Shown here: piece by piece, positions 9,988 through 19,376 of the stretch
Position numbering within the stretch: position 1 is the stretch's first letter
Layout: each line of letters begins with the position of its first letter
DNA from: an uncultured delta proteobacterium
GTDB lineage: Bacteria > Desulfobacterota > Binatia > DP-6
NCBI GenBank assembly: GCA_963815115.1
Contig: CAWFFN010000005.1
Coordinates: forward strand, 224,001-288,000
Length of the DNA: 64,000 nt
Reading direction: 5' to 3'
Notes under the pieces: generated by a model
Databases searched by the model: none
Told to the model about the DNA's origin: nothing
What the model saw: only the letters and a program-made list of their open reading frames with translations
Program-made: the position numbers and the translations under genes

Positions 9988-10740
9988 GCCGGTTTCAACT
10001 CCTCTCGGCTCTGCCTCCAATGTCGCGCCTTGCCGGCTCCTGGCTCTGCTGCGACGGACGAGGTTGCATCTGGGTTGCGTATCGTCGTCGCACGGCCGGC
10101 GTGCGCCAGGTGTCCATCGGTATCCCCGGTTAGGCGGATGCTGATGGCCATCCGGTCTTTTTGTGTACGCCAGGCACCTTGGGCGAGCCGCCGGCTGGAG
10201 TACGAGCGCCCAAAGTCATGGATACGGGTGCACTCGCAGTTGGCTGTGTTGCTTGCCCCTGATCTCCCTATCTGCTAGCTGATCCCAACATGAGCTCGGT
10301 AAACAGGGGCCTTGCAGTTGCTGCTTGCATCATTGTCCCTCTTGTCAGCTCGCGTGTTGCGGATCCTCGACACACTCCCCAAGAGCGACACAACCGCCGT
10401 CCAAACCCACCGCGGTTTCACCGCAAACCTGGCCCAGGGTGCGAGCAATCTTCTTGCCACCTATGAGAGCCTCCCAGGTTGGAGTGGTGCACTACAGCCG
10501 TCGTGCGTGCACGGACGGGCTACGTGTACTCTGGGGGTTGCGAGGCTGGAACACCGCCGGCCTGCGCTCGTGAGCATAGGCGACGGTGCTGAAGCAGGTG
10601 GCTGCCAATACTTCTTCCGAGGGCATCAGCATCGGAAAGGTAAAATGCGCAGTGACCGAATCCACCCGTCCGAAGGTATGCAAGCCGTGGCGCTGGAAGA
10701 ATCAGCGGCTCAACGTGAGCGCCACTGCCGGGGGTACATT

Positions 10741-11127
10741 ATGAAGAATCGGCAGCTCATTGTCTGGTTCGCGGTGTTGCTGGCGAGCGCTGTTGCCGGG
10801 TGTGCGACCGCGCGTTCGACGACAGGTAAGGACTTCGACACGTCGAAGGTGTCGCGGATTGTCAAAGGAGAGACAACGGCGGCTCAGTTAGTGGAGATGT
10901 TCGGTACCCCTCAATCAAAACAGCCGGAAGCCAACGGTGGCGAGCGTTGGTCTTACTCCTACGCTGATGCTACGGCCCATGCATCGTCTTTCTTCACGAC
11001 GAAGGTCACGACTGAGGGGTACAAGAAGAACTTAGCAGTCTTGTTGGATGCTTCTGGGAAGGTGACCAACTTCACCTTGGACGAAGGGCCGATCCCGAAG
11101 CAGACGACCACCTCGCACCAGTTCTGA
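10741..11127 (+). CDS. SmpA/OmlA (BamE-like) domain lipoprotein
   Basis: Lipobox VAGC, then [18 protein letters not shown]...ERWSYSY. Visibly lower GC than the flanks. Confidence 0.8.
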   Translation: MKNRQLIVWFAVLLASAVAGCATARSTTGKDFDTSKVSRIVKGETTAAQLVEMFGTPQSKQPEANGGERWSYSYADATAHASSFFTTKVTTEGYKKNLAVLLDASGKVTNFTLDEGPIPKQTTTSHQF

Positions 11128-11145
11128 CTAGGCGAGTTGCTCGGT

Positions 11146-11403
11146 CTGTGCTGACGGCGCGCACGCGGAAGCGCGGCGTCTCGCCGAGCCGTACGTCGGA
11201 GCCCATGGGCGCCGGGCCGCAGGGCGCGTTCTCGAGGTCGAACCAGAGGAGGATCCGCTCGCCGCTCGTCCCGTACACCTCGCGCCGCCGGAGCGCGTCC
11301 CAGATGCTGTCCCGATCGCGGCCCGCCGCGTGGACCGCGACGAGGCCGGCCGTCATGAAGAACGACGCGTGGCGCTCGAAGTCGAGCACCTGGAAGTTCT
11401 GCA
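11146..11403 (-). pseudogene. Internal fragment of a DUF3604 protein
   Basis: [46 protein letters not shown]...PMGS; no proper start or end. Confidence 0.65.
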
Positions 11404-11684
11404 GTCCCGGCGGCGGATTCGACGGAATCGAAGGCCACCGATTGGCCCTCGGGCGGCTGCGGGCCGGCGGGCGCAGTCTGGAGATAGGCGGGAAAACGGC
11501 CCTTTCGGCGAAAGCTGACCGACCATCCCATCGCGGACCTTCACCCGTCCTTCGCCCTTCTGCAGGGACGGAGGCGTCAATGCCCCCGGCGCCGGTGGCG
11601 GGCGAAGGTGGTGAGGAGCCGGGACACGCGGATCGGAAGGTACGAAGTCGTAGTCCTGTGTCAGGTATCCCTCTGACCTACCGA

Positions 11685-12190
11685 CGGCCAGGACGGGCGT
11701 CGTCACGACGGGGCACGCTCGGCAGCGAGTCGTCGCAGGACGGGACCGAGACCGGCGAGCAGCCGCTCGTGGAGCGCGGGCGCGGACTGCTCCAGGTCCG
11801 CCGAGACCTCCGCCTTGACGGCGGCATAGGCGCGTTCACGCCCCTGCGTGACGAGCGACTCGAGCTTCCGATCGCGCAGCAGCACGCGCAAGGCCGCCGC
11901 CGGCAGCGGGACGGTCTTCGTCCACTCGCCGACCGAGGCACGGCTCAGGTCGAACAGGCCCGCGGTGACCGCGAAGGCGCCGAGGGCGCCGATCAGGAAG
12001 CCGATCGGGCCCGTCGTGTGCAGCAGCGTCGAGACGATCGCGAGGCCGAGCGTATGACCGATGCCGCCGCTGACGGTGCCAGCTGCGAGCGCGACGGCGG
12101 TCGATACCGTCACGGTGATGGCCTCCGTGAGCTCGTCGCTCAGCACGCCCCCGGGATTGCCCGAGCCGGCGACCGGCAGCGTGCCGAGGG
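11685..12190. repeat. ~506-bp imperfect direct repeat, copy 2
   Basis: Matches 9482-9987. Confidence 0.95.
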
Positions 12191-13568
12191 ACGGGGTGGC
12201 GGCGACGGCGTCGTGCCCCACCGGCTCGGCGCCGATCAGCCGCGCCGCGCGCGCGGCGACGGCACGCACGTACGACGCGTGCGCTTCGGTGACGAAGCGT
12301 TCGAGCGCCGGCTCGAACGCCTGGCAGGTGGTCGCGAGCTCCGCCTCCAGATCGGCGATGCGACCGCCTCGCTCGCGGAAGGCGCGCAGCACGGGAACCA
12401 CACGGGGGTCGTACAGCTCGTCGCGGACGAACACGGCGATCGCCTCGGCGAGCTTCGCCCCCTCGATGCGCAGCTCGAGCGCCAGCGGCTCGCTGATGCG
12501 CTCGAGCTGCAGCGCCCGCCCGTGCTCGACGAGGCGCGTGTAGTACGGCTCGTCGAGATCGACGGCCAGCCGGCGGCCGCGCCGGCGGAGCCTGATCGTG
12601 TCGAGCGTGGCGAGGATCGCGCGCGGCACGAGGATGTACATGGCGGCGGCGACCGCGAGCAGGTGGATGTACGGCGCCGCGGGCAGGCCCGCGGGTGCGA
12701 GGAGCGCTTCGATCTCCGCGGTGTCGAAGCCGCGGCCCCGGAGTACCAGCGACGCGGGGCCGAGGAGGGCGTTCGCCAGCAGGCGCACCGTGCCGGGATG
12801 GCGCACGAAGGTGCTGCGCCAGACGACGGCGTACTCGAGGAAGACGCCGCGCACGTACGTTCCCAGCAGTGCGCCCAGGCAGAGCGCGATCGCGCCGAGA
12901 TGCAGCGCGCGCTCCAGCCGGAACGATGCCAGGTTGCCCTCGGTGCGATGCCAGAGCACCAGCAGCCGCCGGGCGACGCCGGTGACGCGCCGTCCGCGCG
13001 CGGCGTTCGCGCGTACCGTGTCCCGCCCGCGCTCGAAGCGTTCGTGGACGCCGGCCAGCGCCGGCACCATCAGCTCGAGGAGCCGCCACGACGTGCGTGG
13101 CTCCCGCGCCGCGGCCACCGTCGGCGTCGCGACGCTCGCCGGAGCGTCGTCGGACCGGGGACGCTTCTGCGGGCGGTGCGAGCGCAGCGCGAGCACCGCC
13201 ACCACGACGTAGACGCCCAGGTTCCACAGGACCAGCGCGACGAGCGGATTGTAGAGCAGGTGGATGTGCTCGCTCGGACCGAGGTAGTTCGCGGCCAGGC
13301 CGATCAGGAACGCGCCGCCGATGACGGCCCGCAGGAGCGTCCGGGCGGCACGCGCCAGCAACGCCGGGAGTCCGGGGTAGGGCGGCAGGAGGTGCGGGAG
13401 CAGGAGCGCCGCGCGGCGGGCCAGCCACGTCTCGGGCGGCTCGATCGCGCCGGCGTCGACGGCAGCATCGCCGCGCGCGACGGGCGGCACGGCCTCCGGG
13501 TCGCGCTCCTCCACGGCACGGACCAGCAGCACGCGGCCGACGTCGTCGGCGGGAAGGATGGAGGGCAC
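11703..13568 (-). CDS. DUF2868-like membrane protein with long C-terminal extension
   Basis: VLLVRAVEERDPE N-terminus, several TM helices, YVRGVFLEYAVVWRSTF and YILVPRAILA motifs. Confidence 0.65.
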   Translation of the reverse strand: MPSILPADDVGRVLLVRAVEERDPEAVPPVARGDAAVDAGAIEPPETWLARRAALLLPHLLPPYPGLPALLARAARTLLRAVIGGAFLIGLAANYLGPSEHIHLLYNPLVALVLWNLGVYVVVAVLALRSHRPQKRPRSDDAPASVATPTVAAAREPRTSWRLLELMVPALAGVHERFERGRDTVRANAARGRRVTGVARRLLVLWHRTEGNLASFRLERALHLGAIALCLGALLGTYVRGVFLEYAVVWRSTFVRHPGTVRLLANALLGPASLVLRGRGFDTAEIEALLAPAGLPAAPYIHLLAVAAAMYILVPRAILATLDTIRLRRRGRRLAVDLDEPYYTRLVEHGRALQLERISEPLALELRIEGAKLAEAIAVFVRDELYDPRVVPVLRAFRERGGRIADLEAELATTCQAFEPALERFVTEAHASYVRAVAARAARLIGAEPVGHDAVAATPSLGTLPVAGSGNPGGVLSDELTEAITVTVSTAVALAAGTVSGGIGHTLGLAIVSTLLHTTGPIGFLIGALGAFAVTAGLFDLSRASVGEWTKTVPLPAAALRVLLRDRKLESLVTQGRERAYAAVKAEVSADLEQSAPALHERLLAGLGPVLRRLAAERAPS

Positions 13569-13797
13569 GACGGGTCAGCCGTCGACCAGGCGCTTTCCCG
13601 GCGCGCCGACTCCGGCGGCGGCGCGGCGGTGCAGTGCGGGCAGCCAGACGGCCACGAGCCCCGGCGGCGGCGCCAGGGAGCGGAAGCCCCCGACGGCGAC
13701 CAGCAGTGTCTCGACGGCCGTGCCGAGCGTTGCCCCGGTGAAGGCGAGCGTCACTCCCGCCCGGAGCCAGCGGGGTGACGGCCGGACCGAGGCGTCC

Positions 13798-14034
13798 TCA
13801 GCCCTTGGCCTTGAGCTCGCCGTCGTGGTCGCGAATGAAGGCTCGGATGTCATCGGCCATGTCGAGCAGCTTCGCCCATTGCTCCTTGTACAACGTGACG
13901 GGAAAGCGGCCGAGCCCGTACACCGATACGCCGCCCTTCTCGCTCACCTTGAGGCTGCCGCGGCTCTGCGCCCGCTTGAGCCGCTCGTTCTCCATCCGTA
14001 GCCGATCGAGCTCCGCGCGATCCTGGTCGTCCAT
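13798..14034 (-). CDS. Small conserved hypothetical protein (78 aa)
   Basis: Short coiled coil, then SLKVSEKGGVSVYGLGRFPVTLYKEQW, a motif I recall from a widespread uncharacterised family. Confidence 0.8.
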   Translation of the reverse strand: MDDQDRAELDRLRMENERLKRAQSRGSLKVSEKGGVSVYGLGRFPVTLYKEQWAKLLDMADDIRAFIRDHDGELKAKG

Positions 14035-14366
14035 TGCGCCCCCGATAGCAAGCGCGCGGCCGTGGAGCCAGGCCATCGAGTCGCGCCGATTTGCGTCGCG
14101 GGTCCGGGTAGTCCGATCGTGGTGTCTCCGGCCCCGAGCCCGGGCGTCGCCTTCGGTGTCTTCAGCGGCCACGTCGCGGTGGCGCAGATAGCCTGCGCGA
14201 CGCCCTTTCTGCGAGCGAAAGCGACCGTCCGGGGAAGGAGGCATGTCAGACGAGCTATTGTCTGCTCTAGCTACCAAGCTCAGCTCATCAGATTCGTGAT
14301 GGTACGTGTGGGGGAACCCTTGTCAAAACCTGGACCAGGGAGTAAGACTCGCCGCGACCGCAAGCA

Positions 14367-15890
14367 ATGACGCCTTCGCCCCGCCATAGCACTTGCGTAG
14401 GCGCCATCGCCGCCGCGATCTTCCTCGCAGCCTCCGGGGCCATCATCGTCCCGGCAGCGAGCGCGATCACCGGCGCCACGACCCGCGTCGTGGCCAGTAG
14501 CCGCTACCACATCGACCTGCCCGGTGCCGGCCTGCCACGCGACGTGGTGCTCGGGCCGCCCAGCGACATGATGAACGACGGCACGACCTCCGCGGGCATC
14601 ACGGGCGGAAACGTCGGCGTCGAGGGACGCTTCAATTGCAGCGGGGACGTGGCGATCCTGCTGGGGCAGGCCTTCTCCGGGACCGCGGGTGGCACGGCCG
14701 ACTTCGGCCTCCTCCTCGCAAGCGCCGACGCGAGGATCGAGAACACTCCCGCCGACATCAACTGCCCGGGCACCACGCCGGAGGCGAACAGCTACCCCGG
14801 CAATACCGCCACCACGGTGACGGCGACCTTCGACGATTTCGTCACGGTGGGCTCGGCGTCCGGTCTGCCGGTTGGCACGATGAAGCACCTCCGCTTCACC
14901 GCGGTGGTGAGCGGTGCGGTCGGCGGCTCCGGGGGCAGCGGGGCGCGCGCGGTCGTCCTCTACACCGTCACGCACAACGTAGGGAGCGGGTCGCCCACCG
15001 TGAATACGGACCTCGGCCCGGACGGATTTCCGGAGACCTTTCCGCCGAGCGGCCAATCGAGCCAGGAGGTCGATGTCGCCGTCGGCACGCGCTTCCGTTA
15101 CTCGGGCATCCTCACCGTGGGTGCAGGTGCCACCGGCGGCACCGTCGTGGGCGCGAACGCGAATTCGGGGGACGCGCACGCGTTCATCGATTCCGACGAT
15201 GCCGACGTCGTCCTCGTGAGCGCGAGCGGCCACGACTACCGCTCGAACGCCGTCTCTACCACCACCACGTCGACCACCACCACGCTGCCACCCGCCACGC
15301 TGCCACCCGCCACGCTGCCACCCAGCACGCTGCCGCCCAGCACGCTGCCTCCCGCCACCCTGCCGCCCCTGCCGCCCAGAACGCTCGATCTCGTGAGCGC
15401 CGACAGCTTCGTGCTGAAGGACTCGGCAGTGCCCAGGAAGCGGAGGGCGGCTTTCGCATCGAGCGATCCTGCGTTCTCCACCGCCGGCCTCGACCCGCGC
15501 ACGGGTGGCGCCGAGGTGCGGCTGTTCGGGCCGGATACGGGCGCATCCGACGTCTGGGCGCTGCCCGCAAGCGGCTGGACCATCAAGAAGGGCAAGTACC
15601 GGTACGGCGACAAGGCGCACGCATACGGGCCCGTCGTGTCGGCGATCGTTGCCGACAAGCGGATCACGCTCCAGGCAAATGGCGCAGCGATCACCTACCC
15701 GCTCCTCGGCACGGCGCCGCGGGCGATCGCGCTGGCGCTCGTTCTCCCGGCGGGGCCCTCCGACCCGACCGCCGCGGTCTGCGCCGAGCTTCCCGGTGCG
15801 CAGGGCCCGCCCAACAAGAAGGACCTGGCGAAGAGGCTCTTCAGGGCCACGAAGGCCAAGGCGCCCCTGAGCTGCCGCGCGCTCCGCTGA
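14367..15890 (+). CDS. Secreted protein with TLPP-repeat linker and basic C-terminal beta domain
   Basis: Signal peptide, beta-rich core, TTTTSTTTT(TLPPA/S)n linker, Lys-rich C-domain ending KAKAPLSCRALR. Confidence 0.8.
   Translation: MTPSPRHSTCVGAIAAAIFLAASGAIIVPAASAITGATTRVVASSRYHIDLPGAGLPRDVVLGPPSDMMNDGTTSAGITGGNVGVEGRFNCSGDVAILLGQAFSGTAGGTADFGLLLASADARIENTPADINCPGTTPEANSYPGNTATTVTATFDDFVTVGSASGLPVGTMKHLRFTAVVSGAVGGSGGSGARAVVLYTVTHNVGSGSPTVNTDLGPDGFPETFPPSGQSSQEVDVAVGTRFRYSGILTVGAGATGGTVVGANANSGDAHAFIDSDDADVVLVSASGHDYRSNAVSTTTTSTTTTLPPATLPPATLPPSTLPPSTLPPATLPPLPPRTLDLVSADSFVLKDSAVPRKRRAAFASSDPAFSTAGLDPRTGGAEVRLFGPDTGASDVWALPASGWTIKKGKYRYGDKAHAYGPVVSAIVADKRITLQANGAAITYPLLGTAPRAIALALVLPAGPSDPTAAVCAELPGAQGPPNKKDLAKRLFRATKAKAPLSCRALR
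15281..15368 (+). repeat. 15-bp tandem repeat, ~6 units (TLPPA/S)
   Basis: CACGCTGCCACCCGC units in frame. Confidence 0.9.
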
Positions 15891-16134
15891 TCGGGCCATT
15901 CGATTGGCGGCGGGCGAAGGTCCGTTCGCCGATGTGCCGCTGTTCGGGTCCGCCGGCCGGCCCGGCGTCGCGGCCTTCTGCGCGCACTCGAGCAGCGCGC
16001 CGGCCATCTTCGCCGCAAGGTCTACCGCGGGTCGGCCACTACTTCGCGATGTCCGGGGACCGCCATCACGCGGCGGCGGCGAAGGAATTGCGCGATCGGG
16101 TACCGTGCTGCTTCCGGTCGATGGGAGCTGCCGC

Positions 16135-16470
16135 TCAACTTGCTCGACGAATCCAGCCGAGTAGGGCCGCCCGCATCGCTTGGTGCAGGTTCAGGTGCCT
16201 CGTGCGTGCCGCCCGCTCGAGCTCTTTCCACAGCGCCTCGGGCAGTCGTACCGACCGCACGACGGTCGTGCGTGTCTTTCCTTTCCCCGGATGACCCCGC
16301 CGCAGCAGCATGGCGCCGGTGGCGAGCTGCGGCATCTCCCACAGCGCCAGGAGAGAGGGGCCGCCCCGTTCGTGGGCGCCCGCGAAGGCGTTGCGTCGCA
16401 TCGGCCCGAACCGTGAAAAGTCGATCGGACCGTCGAGCGGATCAGTCGTTCTCGTAGCGCGCTTTTTCAT
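16135..16470 (-). CDS. Antitoxin, BrnA/ribbon-helix-helix-like
   Basis: Overlaps the brnT end; IDFS..RRN motif, RRGHP, C-terminal RSVRLPEALWKELERAA. Confidence 0.75.
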   Translation of the reverse strand: MKKRATRTTDPLDGPIDFSRFGPMRRNAFAGAHERGGPSLLALWEMPQLATGAMLLRRGHPGKGKTRTTVVRSVRLPEALWKELERAARTRHLNLHQAMRAALLGWIRRAS

Positions 16471-16708
16471 GCCTCGTCGCCTTTCGTGCGCTGATGATGC
16501 GGATGGCGTCCACGCGGACCTCGGCGTGAACGACGTAGAGCAGGCGCGGCTGCCGGGACTGCCCGATCAGGATGAAGCGGTCGTCGTGCATGGCATCGGG
16601 GTAGTAGGCACCGAGGGGGTCTCCGAACGCCGTGGAGGCCTCGTCGAAGGACACCCCGTGCTTCTCGAGGTTGGCCGCCGCCTTCCTCCGGTCCCAGACG
16701 AAGCGCAC
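16442..16708 (-). CDS. brnT: BrnT family toxin
   Basis: MRFVWDRRKAAANLEKHGVSFDEA...IRIISARKAT. Confidence 0.92.
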   Translation of the reverse strand: MRFVWDRRKAAANLEKHGVSFDEASTAFGDPLGAYYPDAMHDDRFILIGQSRQPRLLYVVHAEVRVDAIRIISARKATRHEKARYEND

Positions 16709-16714
16709 GTCACA

Positions 16715-16743
16715 AATGTACGACAATACATCACCACGGGCAA
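16715..16743 (-). promoter_or_regulatory. Sigma70-type promoter of the brnT operon (leaderless)
   Basis: TTGCCC-N17-TACATT-N6-GTG. Confidence 0.7.
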
Positions 16744-16801
16744 TGCGTGGCACGGCCGCGAATCGCCTGGCGTGCGAGTGCCTTCGGCCACGTGGCGACC
16801 G

Positions 16802-17218
16802 CTAGGGCTTCGGCTGGCGCGGCTCGAGCCGGACGGCCACCGACTGCGAGGTGTCGGCGAGGAGGCCGATCCAGCGGTCGGCCCAGCCGTACTTCGCCGC
16901 CAGGAGGCTCCGGATCTTGCGGTGCCCGGGCGAGCCGGGCACCGGCACCGCACGCAGCGCGAGCACCCTGCCGTCGCGAACCAGCTCGACGTCCGGATCG
17001 GATTGCAGGTCGAGGAGGAACGGCCGCTCGCGATTGGCCGCCTCGATCCACATGGCACCGTCCGCGTCCGCCACCCAGGTGCGCGTCGTGCGGACGCCCC
17101 CCTCGGGCATGGTGGTCCGGAGCCGCACCACCTCGCGGCCCTCGAGCGCGTCCAGCGTCACCGCGACGAAGGCGGCGGCCGCGATCGCGAGCCCGAGCGC
17201 CAGCCGGCGCCAGCGCAT
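16802..17218 (-). CDS. Split-barrel nitroreductase/DUF385-DUF2255-like protein with N-terminal membrane anchor
   Basis: EVVRLRT...RTTRTWV...LQSDPDVEL...AKYG pattern. Confidence 0.6.
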   Translation of the reverse strand: MRWRRLALGLAIAAAAFVAVTLDALEGREVVRLRTTMPEGGVRTTRTWVADADGAMWIEAANRERPFLLDLQSDPDVELVRDGRVLALRAVPVPGSPGHRKIRSLLAAKYGWADRWIGLLADTSQSVAVRLEPRQPKP

Positions 17219-18033
17219 CAGAGCCCGTGGCGGGCGAGGAACGGCCGCACCGCGGCGAGGAAGCCGGCGGGATTGTCGCCCATCACGGAGTGGCCGGCGC
17301 CGGGCACGAGGGCGACGGTGCTTCCGGGAACGGTACGGACGAAGCGCTCCGCACCCTCGGCGGTGAGGATCGGGCTCTCGGCGCCGCGGACCAGCAGCGT
17401 CGGACAGCGGAGGCGGCCGACGGCCCGCCACAGCGTCTCGATCTCTCGAGTCCCGCCCGCGATGGACGGATCGAACTTGTAGCTCCAGCGGCCGTCCGGG
17501 CCCTTGCGCATGGCATGGTGCAGGCGCTCGCGGATGTTGGCGACCGTGCGGCGCGGGTTGAACGCGCGCGCGTGCGCCACCGCCTCGTCGAAGGTGTCGA
17601 AGTCGCGTACCGCGAGCTGCCGTCCGATGGCGTCGCGCCCTGCCGGCGCGACGCTCGGCACGACGTCGACGACCACCAGGCCGCGCACGCGCTCGGGATG
17701 CCGGGCGGCGAAGGCGATCGCGTTCAGGCCGCCGAGGCTGAGCGCCATCAGCGTGGCCGCTTCCCAGCCGTACGCGTCGAGCACGGCGCCGATGTCGCCG
17801 GTGAACGCCTCCCGGTCGTAGCGTGCCGCCCAGTCCGAGTCGCCGTGTCCGCGCTGATCGAGCGCGAGCACGTGGTGGTCGCGGGCGAGCGCCGGCGCCA
17901 CCTCGTCGAAGCTGTGCGCCGTCTGCGCCCCGCCGTGGAGGAGCAGGAGCGGCGGCAGACCGGCCGCGCCCCAGTCGAGGAGGTGGAGGCGGAGGCCGGC
18001 GTGATGGATCGCGACGTCGCGCGGGCGGGACAT
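17218..18033 (-). CDS. Alpha/beta hydrolase
   Basis: LLLHGG, DQRGHGDS, LSLGG nucleophile elbow, GAGH. Confidence 0.92.
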   Translation of the reverse strand: MSRPRDVAIHHAGLRLHLLDWGAAGLPPLLLLHGGAQTAHSFDEVAPALARDHHVLALDQRGHGDSDWAARYDREAFTGDIGAVLDAYGWEAATLMALSLGGLNAIAFAARHPERVRGLVVVDVVPSVAPAGRDAIGRQLAVRDFDTFDEAVAHARAFNPRRTVANIRERLHHAMRKGPDGRWSYKFDPSIAGGTREIETLWRAVGRLRCPTLLVRGAESPILTAEGAERFVRTVPGSTVALVPGAGHSVMGDNPAGFLAAVRPFLARHGL

Positions 18034-18124
18034 GCGGGATCCGCCTAGCCTGCTCGGCGACCGGAAGTCCAGGGCCGACGCGTGGCCAATTGCGTGGTCC
18101 GGGGCCGCGCGCTATCGCTCGCCC

Positions 18125-19360
18125 GTGATCTCCGTCGGCGAGGCGCTGCGTGCCGTGCTCGACGCGGCCCCGGTGCTGGGAGCGGAGCGCGTTCTCCTCT
18201 CGGCCGCCGCCGGACGCATCGCCGCCGAGGACGTGGTGTCCGGCCGCGCCGTCCCCGCCGCCGCCAACTCCGCCATGGACGGCTTCGCGGTGCGTGGCGA
18301 GGACGTGTGCAGCGCCCCCGCCACCCTCCGCCTCCTCGGCACCGCCCCGGCCGGAACGATACTCGACGCGGCGATCCTCCCGGGAACGGCCGCCAAGATC
18401 TTCACCGGCTCGGTCGTTCCCGAGGGCGCCGACACCGTGGTCCGGGTCGAGGACACCGAGGAGCGCGACGGCACCGTCGTGATCCGCGTGCCGGTGCGCG
18501 CGGGGGCCAACGTCCGCCTCGCCGGCGAGGACATCGAGCGCGGCGCCGCGGTGGTGCCGGCGGGCGGCGTGCTCGGCGCCGCCGACCTGGGCGTGCTGGC
18601 GTCCGTCGGCCGCGCCACCGTCGTCGTGCACCGCCGTCCCCGGGTGGCGATCCTCTCGACCGGCGCCGAGCTGGTCGAGGTCGACGAGAACCCCGGTCCC
18701 GGGCAGGTGGTGAACAGCAATGCCTACGCCCTCGCGGCCGCCGTCACCGAGGCGGGCGGCGAGCCGACGGTGCTGCCCATCGTGCGGGATCGCTTCGAGG
18801 ACATTCGCGAGCGGCTCGGGGAGGCTGCCGAGGCGGACGTGGTGCTGTCGACCGGCGGCGTGTCGGTGGGCGAGTTCGACTTCGTGAAGGAGGCGCTCGA
18901 CGCGCTCGGGGTGGAGCGACGCTTCTGGAAGGTGGCGCAGAAGCCGGGGAAGCCGCTCACCTTCGGCACGCGCGGCAGCCATCTCTTCTTCGGCCTCCCG
19001 GGCAATCCGGTCTCCGCGCTCGTGTGCTTCGCCGTCTACGTGCGGCCGGCGCTCCGGCGGCTGGGCGGCCATCGGCGGCTTCACCTGCCGGCAGTCGACG
19101 CGATGCTCGAGGCGCCGGTCAAGAAGGCGTCCAAGCTGACCGAGTTCGTGCGCGTCCGGCTCGATCGCGGCGCCGGAGGCTGGATCGCCCGGCCCTGGCC
19201 GTCGCAGAGCTCCGGGGTGCTCACGTCGCTGGGCGGAGGAGCGGGTCTGCTCGTCGGTCCGGCGTCGGCCGACGTCCTGGAGGCGGGCGCGCGCTATCCG
19301 GTGCTGGTGCCCTCGCCCGAGACGCTCGCCTGCGACGAGCCCCTCCCCGAGCTGGGGTGA
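18125..19360 (+). CDS. moeA: Molybdopterin molybdotransferase MoeA
   Basis: NSAMDGFAV, IFTGSVVPEGADTVV, STGAEL, STGGVSVGEFD, KPGKP, GLPGNPVS. Confidence 0.95.
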   Translation: MISVGEALRAVLDAAPVLGAERVLLSAAAGRIAAEDVVSGRAVPAAANSAMDGFAVRGEDVCSAPATLRLLGTAPAGTILDAAILPGTAAKIFTGSVVPEGADTVVRVEDTEERDGTVVIRVPVRAGANVRLAGEDIERGAAVVPAGGVLGAADLGVLASVGRATVVVHRRPRVAILSTGAELVEVDENPGPGQVVNSNAYALAAAVTEAGGEPTVLPIVRDRFEDIRERLGEAAEADVVLSTGGVSVGEFDFVKEALDALGVERRFWKVAQKPGKPLTFGTRGSHLFFGLPGNPVSALVCFAVYVRPALRRLGGHRRLHLPAVDAMLEAPVKKASKLTEFVRVRLDRGAGGWIARPWPSQSSGVLTSLGGGAGLLVGPASADVLEAGARYPVLVPSPETLACDEPLPELG

Positions 19361-19376
19361 CGGCTGCGCGCCGCGC

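Noticed and set aside
9990-10740. ORFs in the lower-GC stretch, including the N-terminal extension of 10312-11127
   Set aside because: No recognisable motifs; the lipoprotein signal starts at 10741. Probably decayed foreign DNA.
11650-11680. TAGTCCTGTGTCAG next to the repeat boundary as an IS end
   Set aside because: Loosely IS-terminus-like, but no matching inverted repeat or transposase was found.
13575-13853. 92-aa hydrophobic ORF
   Set aside because: Overlaps the better-supported 13798-14034 gene and has no clear RBS. A shorter version cannot be excluded.
14233-14299. AGGAGG followed by a short ORF MSDELLSALATKLSSSDS
   Set aside because: The RBS is only 1 nt from the ATG and there is no other support.
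15281-15368. Tandem repeat as a CRISPR array
   Set aside because: 15-bp units without spacers, in frame within a CDS; no cas genes.
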